The notes beneath the pieces are model-generated. The model saw only the letters and a program-made list of their open reading frames with translations, did no database searches and had not been told where the DNA came from. From Vicugna vicugna (lineage: Eukaryota): DNA of 64,000 nucleotides. The position numbers and the translations under genes are program-made. This document shows positions 1 through 13,503 of the stretch, piece after piece (the first letter of the stretch is position 1; each line of letters starts with the position of its first letter). The stretch lies in contig MU058844.1 of the NCBI GenBank assembly GCA_013265495.1, positions 4,579,535 through 4,643,534 on the forward strand, written 5' to 3'.

Positions 1-84
1 ATCAGTCCTTTAATAAACTGCATTTATGGACACAGAACAAAAAGATATCAACCTCGTTGTCACTTCCTCCAGGAGTATTCTTTG

Positions 85-565
85 ACACCTAAAGTACAGG
101 TTAGGGTTCCTCGATCGTAAGCCACAACAACTAAGTTCAGCTAATAGAAGCACAACAGAATTTATAGGATGACTATCTGGGCTCTCAGAACTGAGAGTTA
201 GGGAAAAGCGTTGGAGGCTATAGGAAGCAGGAAGCTCAGCAACTCTCTTACAGCAGGAACCATCTGCTTTGGCTGCATCAGTGGGGATGAATAAAGGATT
301 CTAACAGTTTCTTTTATACTTGTGATACTCACTGAAGGTGTATGCTCTGGAAAAAAGCAGCTGATCACTGAGCTAAGCTAATACATTTAAGCCCTGAATT
401 AACTGGGCTATGAAAAGAAAGAACTTGAATGTTTCCATATTTGTAGGGTGAGTCAGGCATATGAATTTACCATTCTATCAATACTCAATGGAAAGGCAAT
501 TCCCCACAAGGAAACCCAGAATCTTTAGGAAGGGAGAATAAAGCAAGGGTCCTCAAAAATACGAA
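85..565 (-). mobile_element. Old MaLR LTR relic (MLT1 K/L/N-like)
   Basis: Begins gttagggttcctcgatcgtaagccacaac...agctaatagaagcacaacagaattt, resembling the reverse-strand 3' end of old MLT1 LTRs; highly diverged, boundaries approximate. Confidence 0.5.
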
Positions 566-654
566 TGTCCACTATGTTGTGGCTTCTGATCGTCCCCATA
601 GCACTCTATGCTTCCCTACTCTCGGCACTTACTGTGTTATCTTCCTATTCTCTA

Positions 655-783
655 CATACTTCACTGGATTCTAAATTCTGGGAGGGCAAAGACCATGCTT
701 GTCTCTTTTTTTTTTATCACAGTATACATCTTCTAGACTTAACATAGGGTTTGGTACATATAATAAATAAATGCTGAATGAAC
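655..783 (+). mobile_element. L2 LINE 3' end fragment
   Basis: gagggcaaagaccatgcttgtct...ttggtacatataataaataaatgctgaatgaa matches the L2 3' terminus with its gaat tail. Confidence 0.6.
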
Positions 784-3402
784 AAAATTTTTTTGACAGA
801 TTTGACTTAAGTCATTGTGTCGCCAGTCTCTCACTATACTTCTGTGACAACAGCAAAAAACCTACCTCAAATATACTTAACTAATTGTGAAAATTTATTC
901 AGTCATCTGACTGAAAAGACCAGAAGTAGATTCAGGTATCACCAAGAACCGGTTTCTTTTTCTCAGCCCAGCCTTTGGCATAGCCTCAGTAGTGGTTTCC
1001 TCACAGTCTTGAAATGGTGGCCAGTGGCCACCAGAACTATGAATGTCCTTTTTAAATGTCCATCAGACAAAAGAGACAGATTTGCATCTAGAATTCCTGG
1101 ATCCGAGATGAAGAGAATCACTCCTTGATATACTGGTTTGGTCACCTGCTGCCTCCTGGACTAAATCCTTTGCTTAATAGGAAGGAATGAGCTTATTTTT
1201 CAGCCTGGCACTAGGACTGGAGTCTGATTTCCTGGGTCTACTTCACTTCTTTAAGTAATTTGGAAAGTGGTAGGAAGGAAAGGTTTCTAGTGAGACTACC
1301 AGCAAATACCTGTATCACCAGTCAAGCTTTCTGGCCAGTAATGGCCACACACTGACCTCTTCTGGGTATGACCCCATCCCACAGGGTATACTGTCATTCT
1401 GTTTACTTCTCTTTCAGATTCCTAGAAAAGCTTATTAATCTCGCTTCTGTGGGTGAAGTAAAAAACAAACAAAATCTAGAAATGCTTCTGTATGGTCAAG
1501 AAAAGTTATACTCTGAAACAACTGATATCTTTTCTGTAATAGTTCTCTGTTTTCACCTTTCATCCTTTCTCCTTTGCATGTCTGGCTGATGGAGACGGCA
1601 AGTAAACTTCTGCTTCCATCAAAGGTTGTCCAGAGATGGAAAAGTCTTTAGTCTCAGCCCTGTGTAAAATCCTATACTCCTCTTGTTTAATTCCCACAAC
1701 TACAATTTGGTTTTGCTGACACAATTATGGAGAGTGATGGACTAAGGCAGGGAGAAGAGACAGCTGAAATAGCTTTTTGCCTAATCCCCAGAAATCTTTA
1801 TGTATTCCTCTTCAAGTAAGAAAAAAATCCAGAGAAAAGCTTTCTAGAGGATGTTCCAATAGCCACATTTATCAAAATACCATATAATGTCATTCAAGGG
1901 TGTTAATGGGGTGCAGTATTTAACCAATTCAGCATCTTATTCTTCACTTGCTAGCATCTTATCTATTATCTATTATGTGTTATTATTAAGTACCTATTTG
2001 CTTTCAAAACACTAAGCTAGGCACTTGTCATCATTGGTAAAGTACTTGCTCCTTGCTATTCTCTGAGAATACCTGGGAAGTAGAATGATTTCTTATCAAT
2101 AAAGGCATCATGTGTGAGAGACATATAATATTAGTATAAATTACCCTAATTAAATATAAGGTACTTGAGCGCCCAAGTCATGACCAAAGTTAAGTATCGT
2201 AAATACCTTCACTGCTTTAGTATGAGTGAATCGTCACCTCACACAAGCCCACTCATTCTTAGAATTCTCCAGTTGTGCAGAATGGAAATTTTGGGGAAGA
2301 TAAATTATGTCTCTTATTTTCTGTCTGCAAGACACAGTATAATATCCTGCCACAGACTTAAAGATGCTTTTAACAAATAGACTATTATTAAAGGACTTTT
2401 TAAGTTGTTTTGTCCTAGAATTGATATTTCATCAAATCTGAATTCAGTTGCAAAGGTTAAAGAATGAATTTTACCCTGCTATTTATTCAGACAACTATCT
2501 TAACATTGAAATAATTAAAGTTCTAACCATGTTAGAACTTAAAAATAGTAAACAAAATTCAGAATGTAGCTCCTAGGAAGCATAATGCTGGTTTTTTTGA
2601 TCAAAGAATTCATGCAAAACCACTGAGTGACATTTTAGCTTCCAGAGGTTGATTTTCTGCATATAAACAAGTATTTTCTACATGCAAACAATGTTCTACA
2701 TCTGTTTTCAGGCTTTAATTTTCTTTTGCCTTCTTGTTTCCTTTCTTTCTTTTTACTTTTTCTTTTTTTGTTTTTCAGCTAAAAATCAATGATCCTTAAG
2801 GGTTTGTCAATGGATTTCTCTCTTCCCTTAAGCTAGGAGCCTTTAATCAGATTTGTTTTCTTTTTCTGTGCTTCCTCTACCCTCCTTAGAGACAGCAAGG
2901 TTTCTGTGACAATTGTCAGCTGGCATAAATAGACTGTGATCATATATGAAAAGTTTATGAACATTCACAGAAATCCAAGTGTTCTGTGTTGAATAGCACC
3001 TTGAAAATAATTAGCTATTGGATGTGAGACGGAAATGCTTTTTAAGGCAATAAAATGTCTTTGTAAAGTGTTCATTTCATTCCATATTTTAAAAATATGT
3101 GTATCATAAACTTTGATGGCATCTGACTAAAAATATCCTGTGAATTCTGAGGGGTGTTTTCTGCCTTCCTAATGGATGACTGGAAACATTTCTAAGGGTT
3201 TATTTATAACTGAATGCTAATGAGTGAGGTATAGCTTAAGAAGATATCCTTGAGAAATGATATGAGATTGACCTTCATATTCCACTTTCTTCCAAAGATT
3301 TTAAATTTCTGTTCAAATTTTTTTTTAATATTTTCTCTTTCCTTTCTAGATGTTATGTCTTACAGGGCTTTTTATTACCCTCTATCATACTACTGCTGTT
3401 TT

Positions 3403-3830
3403 TTGTTGCCCGAGGAGGGCACAGGATCAATCCCTGCCAAACCAAAATTAGTTTTGATACGAAGACTGAAGACACCACATGTACACAAAGACAGTATGGG
3501 AAGGTTTATTACTCACATAATGAGACTTTCTGGGGAGAACAGGGCAGGCACCCAAGCCAGTCTGGGACAGCTTGAGCAAGGGGGTGGATGACTACTTTGG
3601 TTTTTATTGTGGTTAGGAAGTGGGGCCACACTGAGGGCTCCTGTGCAGGGCTCCAAGTTTGTGAGCTTTCAACTTTCCCACTGACATCAAGAGAAGGAGC
3701 ACCTGGGCCTTTTTAATGACTCTCCCAGATGGAGGGTAAGAGGGCGGGGTGGGGGCTGTGTGGCAGAAATGAGGCCAAAAAGCTTTCAGTATTCAAATGT
3801 CCAAAATGGAGGGAGACTATTGCAATTGTT
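3403..3830 (-). mobile_element. ERVL solo LTR, MER54/MER73/MER74 group
   Basis: aaggtttattactcacataatgagactttctggggagaacagggcagg (reverse-strand AATAAA) matches recalled consensus of this group; subfamily not resolved. Confidence 0.6.
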
Positions 3831-4849
3831 CTAAATGAAAGTCTGTTTTCATAATCTTTTTTAAAGGAATCAAAACATTTACGAGGTTAAAACCAAATGT
3901 AATATGGGGATCTTCTTTGAATTTTTAAAAACATTTTGACAAAATTTCAGACTTATAGAAGGCTAACAGGAAGCTCGGGCTTTATCTCACATTGTTCTCC
4001 CAACTCTTCCCTCTGAGAGTCCTTAGATAAAGCTGTGTGTGAGAGTCACAGACGGGACTTTCTGCTCTGCCATTGCTCTCTAGGGTCTACCTCTCTAGCT
4101 CTCCCTATGCTCCACTGACCGCTGCTGCCTCCTCTCCTACGGTGGCTGCCTGTACTGCAATCCTTGTGTTGCCAACCTATTCTAAACCCATGACCTCCCT
4201 GGCCTTTTGGCAATAAAGTGCCTTCAGCTTCTTGAGACTTACTCAGTTTATTTAGAGGGTTCCCCCCAGAAGAACTGTTGAACCTTTAGGTATGCTGTAA
4301 TCCACCCTTACACTTGAGCTCTCTCTTCAGTCTTGGGGTTGCAGGGTGGAGGGAGTGTTTCAGGAGGGGCTGGGTCAGGTCAGTTAAGCAGCACCTCATA
4401 TTGGACCTGGAAGCACTCTCCCCTCTGCATTCCATTCCTCACTGCCCAGTCTCCCCCATGTTGCCCAACTTCTTCACTTGGGTACTTTTTATCTTCTCCA
4501 TCCTCCTCTTTTAATCTCCCTTCCAAATCAACTTCCAGTGGGGTACCCAGTCAATTAGATAGGTGTTTATCTACCTACACCTCATTTATGGGCTGTGTTC
4601 AGGTTCTTACCCATAGGACTCCTGAGTCTCAGGCAAGTCAAAGATATGGCTAAACATTTATTTCAGATATCAAGTGAAGATATGTTTTAAAAAGGGAGTG
4701 TGAACTATGTTACATGTATTGATAGACAATAAAATGAAGCCTGAAAATTGATAAAGCTTAGGAAAACAGATGTCTTTACTGACCTTGGATTTCGATATTT
4801 TCAGTGAGTTTGGGGGACAAATTCCTCATGGAGTGTATTCAAGTGAGAA

Positions 4850-5170
4850 TATGAGGCATGGAAGTGGAGATTGTTGAATGCGAACAATACTAAGGAATTG
4901 TGTTGTGTGAGGATCACAGGACAGAGAGGGGGAGAAAAACGATTACACTGCAAAGGAATGGCTTTGAGTAAAAAAGCAGTATGATTGAAAAGATTGATGA
5001 CACAAGTGAACACGTTGGCCTTAGAGAGGAGCATGAATCATTTATCCATTTTAACAGGAGGGAAGGCAAAGGAAACAGGGACGTAGGGACAGATGCTAGC
5101 AATTTCATGGCAAGCACTAGGATTACTGATTACTTCCATTTTTGCAATGAAATGAACAAGCAAATCACTA
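4850..5170 (-). mobile_element. L2 LINE internal fragment
   Basis: ttggccttagagaggagcatg...tccattttaacaggagggaaggcaaag...gggacagatgc resembles a recalled L2 internal segment. Confidence 0.5.
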
Positions 5171-5304
5171 GTCTCCAGATATACTAATGACATCATTTGG
5201 GTTAAACTTTTCACAATTTCTCCCTTTCAAGGTCAGAATCCTTAATTTAAGAAACCACTTATAACATGAGAGAGATGCACTTGAATTAGGTGGGCCCAAA
5301 TCAG

Positions 5305-5620
5305 AAAGACTGCAAATTGGTGACCTACCACCTGGAGTAGGTCCTGTAGGTGAATTTTTTTTTTAGCCCTTATATAGTTTAAACATTTTAAAATTTAGTT
5401 TTCATTATTTAAATATAAGGGGATTTTATACTGAAACCAAATTTAATATTTCTCTGTAGCAAAATGGATTTCCTAGCAGCACTGGGCCTGCATTCCTGCA
5501 TGGCAGTGGTAGGATGGAGCTGAGTAACACTGAGCCTTTAGACAGGGCACTCCAGCATTCTCCAGTCTCTAACATTCCCCTTTATTACTTTATATTTGAC
5601 TTATTCCTGTAGTTTGCCCT
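5305..5620 (-). mobile_element. hAT-Charlie DNA transposon, MER102-like
   Basis: cagcactgggcctgcattcctgcatggcagtgg...ggagctgagtaac...cctttagacagggca is the reverse complement of the MER102 core. Confidence 0.7.
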
Positions 5621-5921
5621 CCTAGCTCCTATAAAGGAATGAAACTGAGGTATAGGCTGTGCATGGTACAAGTCTAGGAAGCTCTGTGGTAGCCTCTGTG
5701 AATGGAGCCCCTGCAGTTGTGTCTGGTGGAGATCCTTGGCTTAACAAATATTTGCAAATCCTTTCCTGATGACCACATTGAGTTAGACAGCTGAAGAACA
5801 CTCCTAACAGACTGGTTCTCATACCTAAATTTATTTCTATTTGTGATGCCCTATTTTTCTTAATAAAAAGCTCTGCAATGTTATTTTCCTTATTTTCCTT
5901 CAGGGCCTATATGTTCCTTCC

Positions 5922-6377
5922 TTGAGCGGCTGAACTATATCCTCCCAAAAGATAAGTTCAAGTTCTAATTGTCAGTACCTGTGAATGTGATCCTACTTGG
6001 AAACAGGCTCTTTGCAGATGTAATTACAGTGTAAGTTAAGATAAAATCATACTGGACCAGGGTGGGCCTAAACCCAGTCATTGATGTTTTTATAAGAAGA
6101 GATGCAAAGACAGAGAGAAACAGGCACACATACACTCAGGGAGAAGACGACCATGTCTGTGGCAGAGACTGGAGTGATGCAGCCAAGGACTGCTAACCGC
6201 CACCAGAAACTGGGAAGAGGTGAGGAGGGAGTCTTCTCTACAGCTTTAGCAGGGAGAACAGACTAAAACATTGATTTAGGGACCTCTGGCTTCCAGAACT
6301 GTGGGAGAATAAATGTCTGTATCTTAAGCCACCCAATTTGTGGAAATTTGTTATAGCCGCCTTAGGAAACTACTACA
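5922..6377 (+). mobile_element. MaLR solo LTR, MLT1B/C-like
   Basis: tacctgtgaatgtgatcctacttggaaacagg...ttccagaactgtgggagaataaatg...taagccaccc...ggaaactactaca; typical MLT1 motifs with polyA signal and CA end. Confidence 0.85.
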
Positions 6378-8238
6378 GGGCCCGTACTTCAAAATTTTCT
6401 CCATTATTTTTTCCCTAAGATGTTTTGGAAGCTCTTTGACATTCAGATTCATGCTTTACCTTTATCTTCGTATTTGAAAGAGCTTTGATTTTCAGGACTA
6501 AATAAGGATCCTGCGTTTGAATTACGTTTATGGTCTTTTATCAGTGCTAAAGTAATTTAAACTCCGAGGCAGTCTATAGTCACTTATTTTTCACCAGTGA
6601 AATCCATACATGTCTTTAGATTCCATGTAATATAGTTATAGATTCTAAAAGAAAATGAGGTATTCTGATGTGTTCTTTAACTTTTGGACCATTAAGTGTA
6701 CAATGATGCAATTACGTTAATTCAGTGATCAAAGCTGCACGTCATTCTGTTAGTACATTTAGAAAAGACTAGGAAGAGCCTTATGTAAGCATTATTTTTA
6801 GTGGATAAAGACGTGGACCATCAAAATCTGTTATCTGGTAAAAATCAACACTTTAAATGCTGGGTAGGAATTTATATATCAAATGCAGAATTTATATTAG
6901 AATAAGGATACTGTTCTACTTAGAAGAAAGAAATGAAAAGATGTTCTTTGAAATATTTATCAAAAACTTTTAGGTGCCAATTATGTTTTTTGGTTGTAAC
7001 CTTTGGAAGTACCAGGTGGCAGCAACACTTATCTTTGAAATAGTCTGTAGTATCACTTATAAAGACAACAATAAGATGAGATAAAGAGTGAATATAAATA
7101 TTGTTAACAGATGATTTGCTCTAAGACAAGAAAATAAGAACCATAGAGAGATCCTCACTCTCCAGTGAGCAGTGTATTCCTTTGAATTTCTCTTACATAA
7201 CTGTGTGTTTTTGGTCTAACCAGAAAGTAAGCTATGCAAAAGCAAATGCATTAGGCATTGAGCTTTATGAAAGTTACATTATTAATTACATGAAAAAGAT
7301 ATGAACATCTTATTAATTTAACATTTTGCTAACTGGAAAATTAATTGTAAGATGAAAGTCTCTCTTTCAAATGAATGACTCCATTAAAACATTTAATAAT
7401 CTCCATCTCATTGAAATAAATTCCACTGTTAAAAATCTTCTGAATAATTAAACTGTTCTAATGGCTACAAAGTTAGATATCTTCTATTATCTTTATAAAT
7501 AGATATATGTAATTAAATGCTGTAGTTTTAAGCATATGAATGTCTAACCCTAACGGAGAAATACGTTTCCAGAATTCAGAGTCAGTTTTCTTAACCAAAG
7601 TTGTCAAATTATAGATATTTTATCTTTGGTGATACCATGTACAGTTACTTTTCAGGGATGTGTTAATATTCATTCACAAGTAATTTTATTAGTATGGTAT
7701 AAAGCTAAATCCTTTCATATATAAAAATTATTAATATTTCTTTACTCTCATGGAGAGAGATTTCTTTTTTCAAGCCACATAGACTCTATCTGCTACTGAC
7801 TTTCCATTGAGGAAGCAGCAACTGCATAACTACAGAGAAATATTTTTCTGCATGTAGTCTTATTGATATTAACAACCCTAATAAATTGCACCCTGTCTAG
7901 ATGTGAGTTCACAAATAATATAATACATAATAACTAACTCTGTCTCCACACTATGACTGTATAAATCAGAACCAGTCCAATTCCATTTATTCATTTCACT
8001 CTCAGTAATTGTGATAAGTTACAATTTTAATATGCCACGAACATAAAGGTAGTATTCAACAAGAAACTATTTATTCTTCATTTATCAAAAATTAACTGAA
8101 TTCCCAATACCAGGGATATAGCTATGAGCAAGACCTAGAGTGTATGAAGCTTATCCTCTATGGAAAAATATACAAACGTTTCTACGTAAGAGCTTTTGTT
8201 TTCCCAAGTTTTTCCAACCTTTTGTTTTATTTAGTAGG

Positions 8239-8601
8239 TGCTATAGACCGAATGTCTGTGTACTCCTCAAATTCAGGTGTTGAAATTTAATTCCCAAAGT
8301 GACAGTATTTAGAGCTAGGACATTTGATTGGTGATTAGGTCATGAGGGTGGAACCCTCATGAGTAGGATCAGTGCCCCTGAAAAAGAGTCCCTATGTAGC
8401 TCCCTCATCCCTTTTACCATGTGAGGACACAGCAAGAAGACTGCCATCTGAACCAGGAGGTGGGTTCTCACCAGACGGTGAATCTGCAAATGTCTTGATC
8501 TTGGACTTCCCAGCCTCTGGTACTGTGAAAAATAAATTTCTGCTGTTTATAAGCCACCTAGTCTATGGTCTCTTGTTATAGCAACCTGAATGGACTAAGA
8601 T
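8239..8601 (+). mobile_element. MaLR solo LTR, MLT1A0-like
   Basis: tgctatagaccgaatgtctgtg...ggtcatgagggtggaaccctcatg...ttggacttcccagcctctgg...aataaatttctgctgtttataagccacc...ggactaaga. Confidence 0.9.
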
Positions 8602-8679
8602 GTAAATGTCTTGTTTCTACTGGATCTGACAGGTTAATCATTTTGCCCTTGTGTCAAATACTTTCTTTACAAAGTCACA

Positions 8680-8940
8680 CTAGTAGTTCCTGCCCAACGC
8701 TCCCCATCCCAGGCACCGACAGTGGTAGTACAGATGGTTTACGTATAAACTTTACCCAGTTTCTACTGATGTTAGTATTTCATATAAACATGGTGCATTT
8801 ATCAAAACTAAAAGGTTGACAGTGGTACGTTATGATTAACTAAATTTCTGACTTTAAAGGATTTCGCCAATTTTTCCATCATGTCCTTTTCCTGTCCCAG
8901 AATTCAAGCCAGCATATTACACTGCACTTAGTGTTACATC
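8680..8940 (-). mobile_element. Old L1 3' UTR fragment (L1MC/L1MD-like)
   Basis: acatggtgcatttatcaaaactaa...atgtccttttcctgtcccagaattcaagccag...tacactgcacttagtg resembles reverse-strand L1MC/MD 3' UTR. Confidence 0.6.
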
Positions 8941-9190
8941 TATTTTGCTAATTTTTTAAATTTTAAGTTATATGTTTTGACTAGAGATTACAATTTTGTT
9001 ACTTTTCCCTCTTTCTATTCATTTAAAAATTATTATGGCTTTAAAAAGATTCTTTATGTCTGTTGAACCATTCAATAAATGTACAGCTCTGCTGAGTTTC
9101 AGGAGGTAGATTTAAATGCAGTCAGAAAGAAAACTTTAGGAAGGGAGAATATGATGAACTCTTCTGAAGTTTCTAAGACAATTGACTATT

Positions 9191-9540
9191 TTTTTAACAT
9201 TTTTTATTGAGTTATAGTCATTTTACAATGTTGTGTCATATTCCAGTGTAGAGCACAATTTTTCAGTTATACATGAACATATATACATTCATTGTCACTT
9301 TTTTTTCACTGTGAGCTACCACAAGATCTTGTATATATTTCCCTGTGCTATGCAGTATAATCTTGTTTATCTATTCTACATATGCCTGTCAGTATCCACA
9401 AATTTTGAAATCCCAATCTGTCCCTTAGCATCCCCTGTCCCCTTCACAACCACAAATTTGTATTCTACATCTATGAGTCTGTTTCTGTTTTATATTTATG
9501 TTCATTTTTTTTTTAGATTCCACATATGAGTGATCTCACA
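9191..9540 (-). mobile_element. Lineage-specific L1, 5'-truncated 3' fragment with 7-bp TSD
   Basis: Reverse complement closely matches the end of ORF2 and 3' UTR of the L1 at 13982-16410; flanked by gactatt at 9184-9190 and 9541-9547. Confidence 0.9.
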
Positions 9541-10769
9541 GACTATTGTAAGATCCATAAGTAGAAGTTACTTTTCCTCTAAAATTCCAGAAAAACATTT
9601 TTGTACTTCTAAGTTATAGCTAAAAATTGATCTGATTGCTGCCTGACCTACAAATTCCATAGTCTTCACAGAGATTGAATTTCTGTTTGTAGAAAATCAA
9701 ACTGAAATAACTTCAGGAACTATAAGATCAGAGTTACAGAGAGGTCTTAGTAAAACAGGTCGGCAAGAGCACTGGAAACTTTCATACAGAATTCCTTGCA
9801 CTGCTTTAGTCTTCTGACATCTGTGAGTATCAGGAAGATGAACAAGAGGTTGAGCGACACTGTTGTTCTTATTTTCCCAAATGTCCTTATACATGACATA
9901 ACTTTAGTAGCTCATAGATAAGTTTCTCTTTCATTTTACTTTAACTATGAAGATTTATTAATGGTCTATAAAGAATGTCTAGAGAAGTTCAATGATTTTC
10001 ACTTTCCTCAGGATGAACATTTCATATTGTTTTGTTTAAATATATGTAATTTTTATTTATTCATTTTATTACTCTTTTTAAAATAAGGAAATTGTGAATA
10101 CATTAAAAAAATGAATTTCATTATCAAGCTTACAAGAAAAACAATAGGTACACTCCCCTCATTCCAGGCCCAAATTCCAAAGTCTGTTTTGGTTCTTCTG
10201 GTGGCTGCATTTGAAAATCTAAACAATATGTTTACACTATTTTACTTAACTTCTCTCTGGAAAATATGGAAATGTACTCTGCACTCAGGCATGTGCCTCT
10301 TCTACTCCAATCTGGCCTCTGCTGGCCTTCCAGGAGGATAGTCATTATTTTCACTTTTCCCATAAGTCATTCTTTATCAGTTAATACTAGATTAAGCATC
10401 CAATTCTTGTTCCATTGGTTTTAGACAATGCTTTTGTTTTTCTTTTTCCATTACACACAGTAAGTTTATTACAGCTCTATTTCTTCCCCACTTCTTCTAA
10501 TATCTATTAGTGGGGCTTTTTTTTTGTGGTTGAGGTTAATAACATTTATATTTTTATAACTGTCTCTATTGATTAACTTAAAAATACAAAAAACAGTAAA
10601 TAGCATTCACATTATAGTCATACGGCAAATCTTCCCTGTTCATCCTTTAGGTGATGCTAGGAATGCATTTCCATCTTCATAGGTCCAAAGGAATGAACTC
10701 TCTTTCATCAAAGGTGAGTGTTCTTAGAATTAACATTTTACTACTCATACCCTATCAATTTAGTTATCG

Positions 10770-11030
10770 ATTTACTTAACACATATTTATCGAGTGCCCA
10801 CTATGTGGCAGGCACTATGAAGGCACTGAGTAAACAGTAGTGAATGACACAAATAGAAATTTCTGTCTCCATGAAGTAAAAACAGAGTATAAGAGGGTGG
10901 TGATGATGGTGGTTATAATTTAAAATATGGTAGTTAGAGAACACCTCCTTGAGTACAGGGTATTTGAATAAGTTATAAAGGAAGTGAGGGAAGGAACAGT
11001 TTGTGGACAAGACACGCCTATCGACAAACT
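10770..11030 (-). mobile_element. L2 LINE 3' fragment
   Basis: aacacatatttatcgagtgcccactatgtggcaggcactatg...cagtagtgaatgacac is the canonical reverse-strand L2 3' end. Confidence 0.7.
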
Positions 11031-11069
11031 AATTTTATCAAGTGTGCAGGGAGTGGAGACTTGTTTGAG

Positions 11070-11495
11070 TAGTGTTAAAGTTAGCCTTTGTTGTATACAA
11101 CACCCCCAAACTCAGTGGCTAACCATCACCACCACAAAGTACTTCTCAGACTCTTCTGCTAGTCTCATCTGGGCTCACTCATGTGAGTCCATTCAGGTGG
11201 AAGTTCAGCTGGGATTGATGGTCTCAAGTTTTGAGGCTCAGATGGCAGGGCTGGAAAGACAGGAAGCTGGGGCAGTCCTCTTCATGTGGTCTTCCATGCT
11301 GGGCTTCTTCACATGATGACAGAAGTAGAATTCCAGGAGGATGAAGACAGGAGTTTAGGAACTTGCACAGTGTCAATTTTGCCACATTCTATTGGTCAAA
11401 ATAAGTCACAAGGAGCAGTTGGAGATTCGAGAGATGGGAAAAGAGATTATACTTCTCAATAGGAGGAGCTTCGAAATATTATAGCCATGTTGTCT
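11070..11495 (-). mobile_element. Old MaLR LTR (MLT1 F-L group)
   Basis: cacccccaaactcagtggct...ctgggctcactcatgtg...ttgccacattctattggtcaaaataagtcacaag motifs. Confidence 0.75.
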
Positions 11496-11499
11496 TCCA

Positions 11500-12449
11500 T
11501 GTTTTTTAAATCTATTTTTATATATAGTGGTTATCATCTGCAAATCTCAAATTCTCAAATGTATCTTTTCCCACCCCCTTTCCCCAGGTAACCATAAGAT
11601 TCTTTACTATGTCTGTGAGTCTGTTTCTGTTTTGTAGATGAGTTCATTAGTGTCCTCTTTTTTCCTTTTCCTTTTTTTTTTTTTAGAGTCCACATATAAG
11701 TGATATCATACAGTATTTTTCTTTCTCTTTCTGGCTTACTTCTCTTAGAATGACAGTCTCCAGGACCATCCATACTACAAATGGCATTATTTTATTCTTT
11801 TTTGTCACTGAGTAGTATTCCACTGTATACATATACCACAACTTCTTTATCCAGTCATCTGTTGATGGACATTTAGGTTGTTTCCATGTCTTGGATACTG
11901 TAAAGTGCTTCTATGAACATTGGGGTGCATGTATATTTTTGAATTAAGGTCCCCTCTGGATGTATACCCAGGCGTGGGATTACGGGATCATAGAGTAAGT
12001 CTGTTTTTAGTCTTTTGAGGAATCTCCATACTGTTTTCTGTAATGGCTGCACCAAACTACGCTCCTACCAACAGTGTAGGAGGATTCCCTTTTCTCTACA
12101 CATTTTCCAGCACTTATCGTTTGTGGACTTTTGAATGATGGTCATTCTTACTGGTGTAAGGGGATACCTCCTTGTAGTTTTGATTTGCATTTCTCTGATA
12201 ATTAGTGATACTGAGCATTTTTTCATGTGCCTATTGGCCATTTGTATGTTTTCACTGGAGAATTGCTTGCTTAGGTCTTCCGTCCATTTTTAGATTGGGT
12301 TATTTGTTCTTTTTATTATTAAGTTGCATGAGGTGTTTATATACTCAGGAAATTAAGCCCTTGTCAGTCTCATCTTTCACAAATATTTTCTCCCATTCTG
12401 TAGGCTGTCTTTTTGTTTTGCTTATGGTTTCCTTTGCTGTGCAAAAGCT
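11500..12449 (-). mobile_element. L1 3' segment (ORF2 C-terminus plus partial 3' UTR) of a 5'-inverted L1
   Basis: Minus-strand ORFs [27 protein letters not shown]... and the 3' UTR match L1; disrupted by stops and frameshifts. Confidence 0.92.
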
Positions 12450-13503
12450 CACCACTTCTATTCAATATAGTATTGGAAGTCCTAGCTATAGCAATTAGCC
12501 AAGAAAAAGAAATAAAAAGGATCCAAATTGAAAAAGAAGAGGTAAAATTGCCATTATATGCGGATGACATAATACTATGTATAGAAAACCCTAAAAGCTC
12601 CACACAAAAACCATTACAGCCGATAAAATAATTCAGTAAGGTAGTAGGATACAAGATTAATATACATAATCAGCTGCATTTCTTTACACTAACAATAAAA
12701 TAGCAGAAAAGGAAAGTAAAGAAACAATCCCTTTTAAAATTGTATCCAAAAAATAAAATGCTTAGGAATAAATCTAACCAAGGAAGTGAAAGACTTACAT
12801 GCAGAGAACTATAAAACATTGACTAAGGATATTAAAGATGACTTAAAGTAATAGAAAGATATCCAATATTCCTGCATTGGAAGGATTAATATTGTTAAAA
12901 TGGCCATACTACCCAAAGCAATCTACAGATTTAATGCAATCCCTATCAAATTACCCAAGACATTTTTCATAGAATTAGAACAAATGATCCTAAAATTTAT
13001 ATGGAAATCACAAAAGACCCAGAATTGCCAAAGCAATACTGAAGAAAAAGAATGAGCTGGAATCATAACCCTCCCAGACTTCAGATAATACTAAAGACCT
13101 ACAGTAGTCAAAACAGCATGTTATTGGTACCAAAACAGACATATGGATCAATGGAACAGAAAAAAGAGACCAGAAATAAACCTACAAACTTTTGGTCAAT
13201 CAATCTTTGTCAAAGGAGGCAAGAACATACAATGAAGTAAAGACAGCCTCTTCAGCAAATGGTGTTGGGATAACCGGACAGCTGCATGTATATCGGTGAA
13301 GTTAGAATACTCCCTCAGACTATACAGAAAAATAAACTCAAATTGGCTTAAAGACTTAAACATAAGACAAGATACTATGAACCTCTTAGAAGAAAACATA
13401 GGCAAAATATTATCCAACATAAATCTCATCAATGTTCTCCTAGGGCAGTCTACCCAGGCAATAGAAATAAAAGCAAAAATAAACAAATGGGACCTAATGA
13501 AAC
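12448..13503 (+). mobile_element. Inverted 5' segment of the same L1 (ORF2 RT region, degraded)
   Basis: Encodes [13 protein letters not shown]...[14 protein letters not shown]...KINKWDLMK in broken frames; ends 5 nt before the L1 position where the minus-strand segment begins. Confidence 0.92.

Noticed and set aside
7009..7023. Partial CTCF-like motif gtaccaggtggcagc
   Set aside because: Mismatches the first two conserved core positions; too weak without data.
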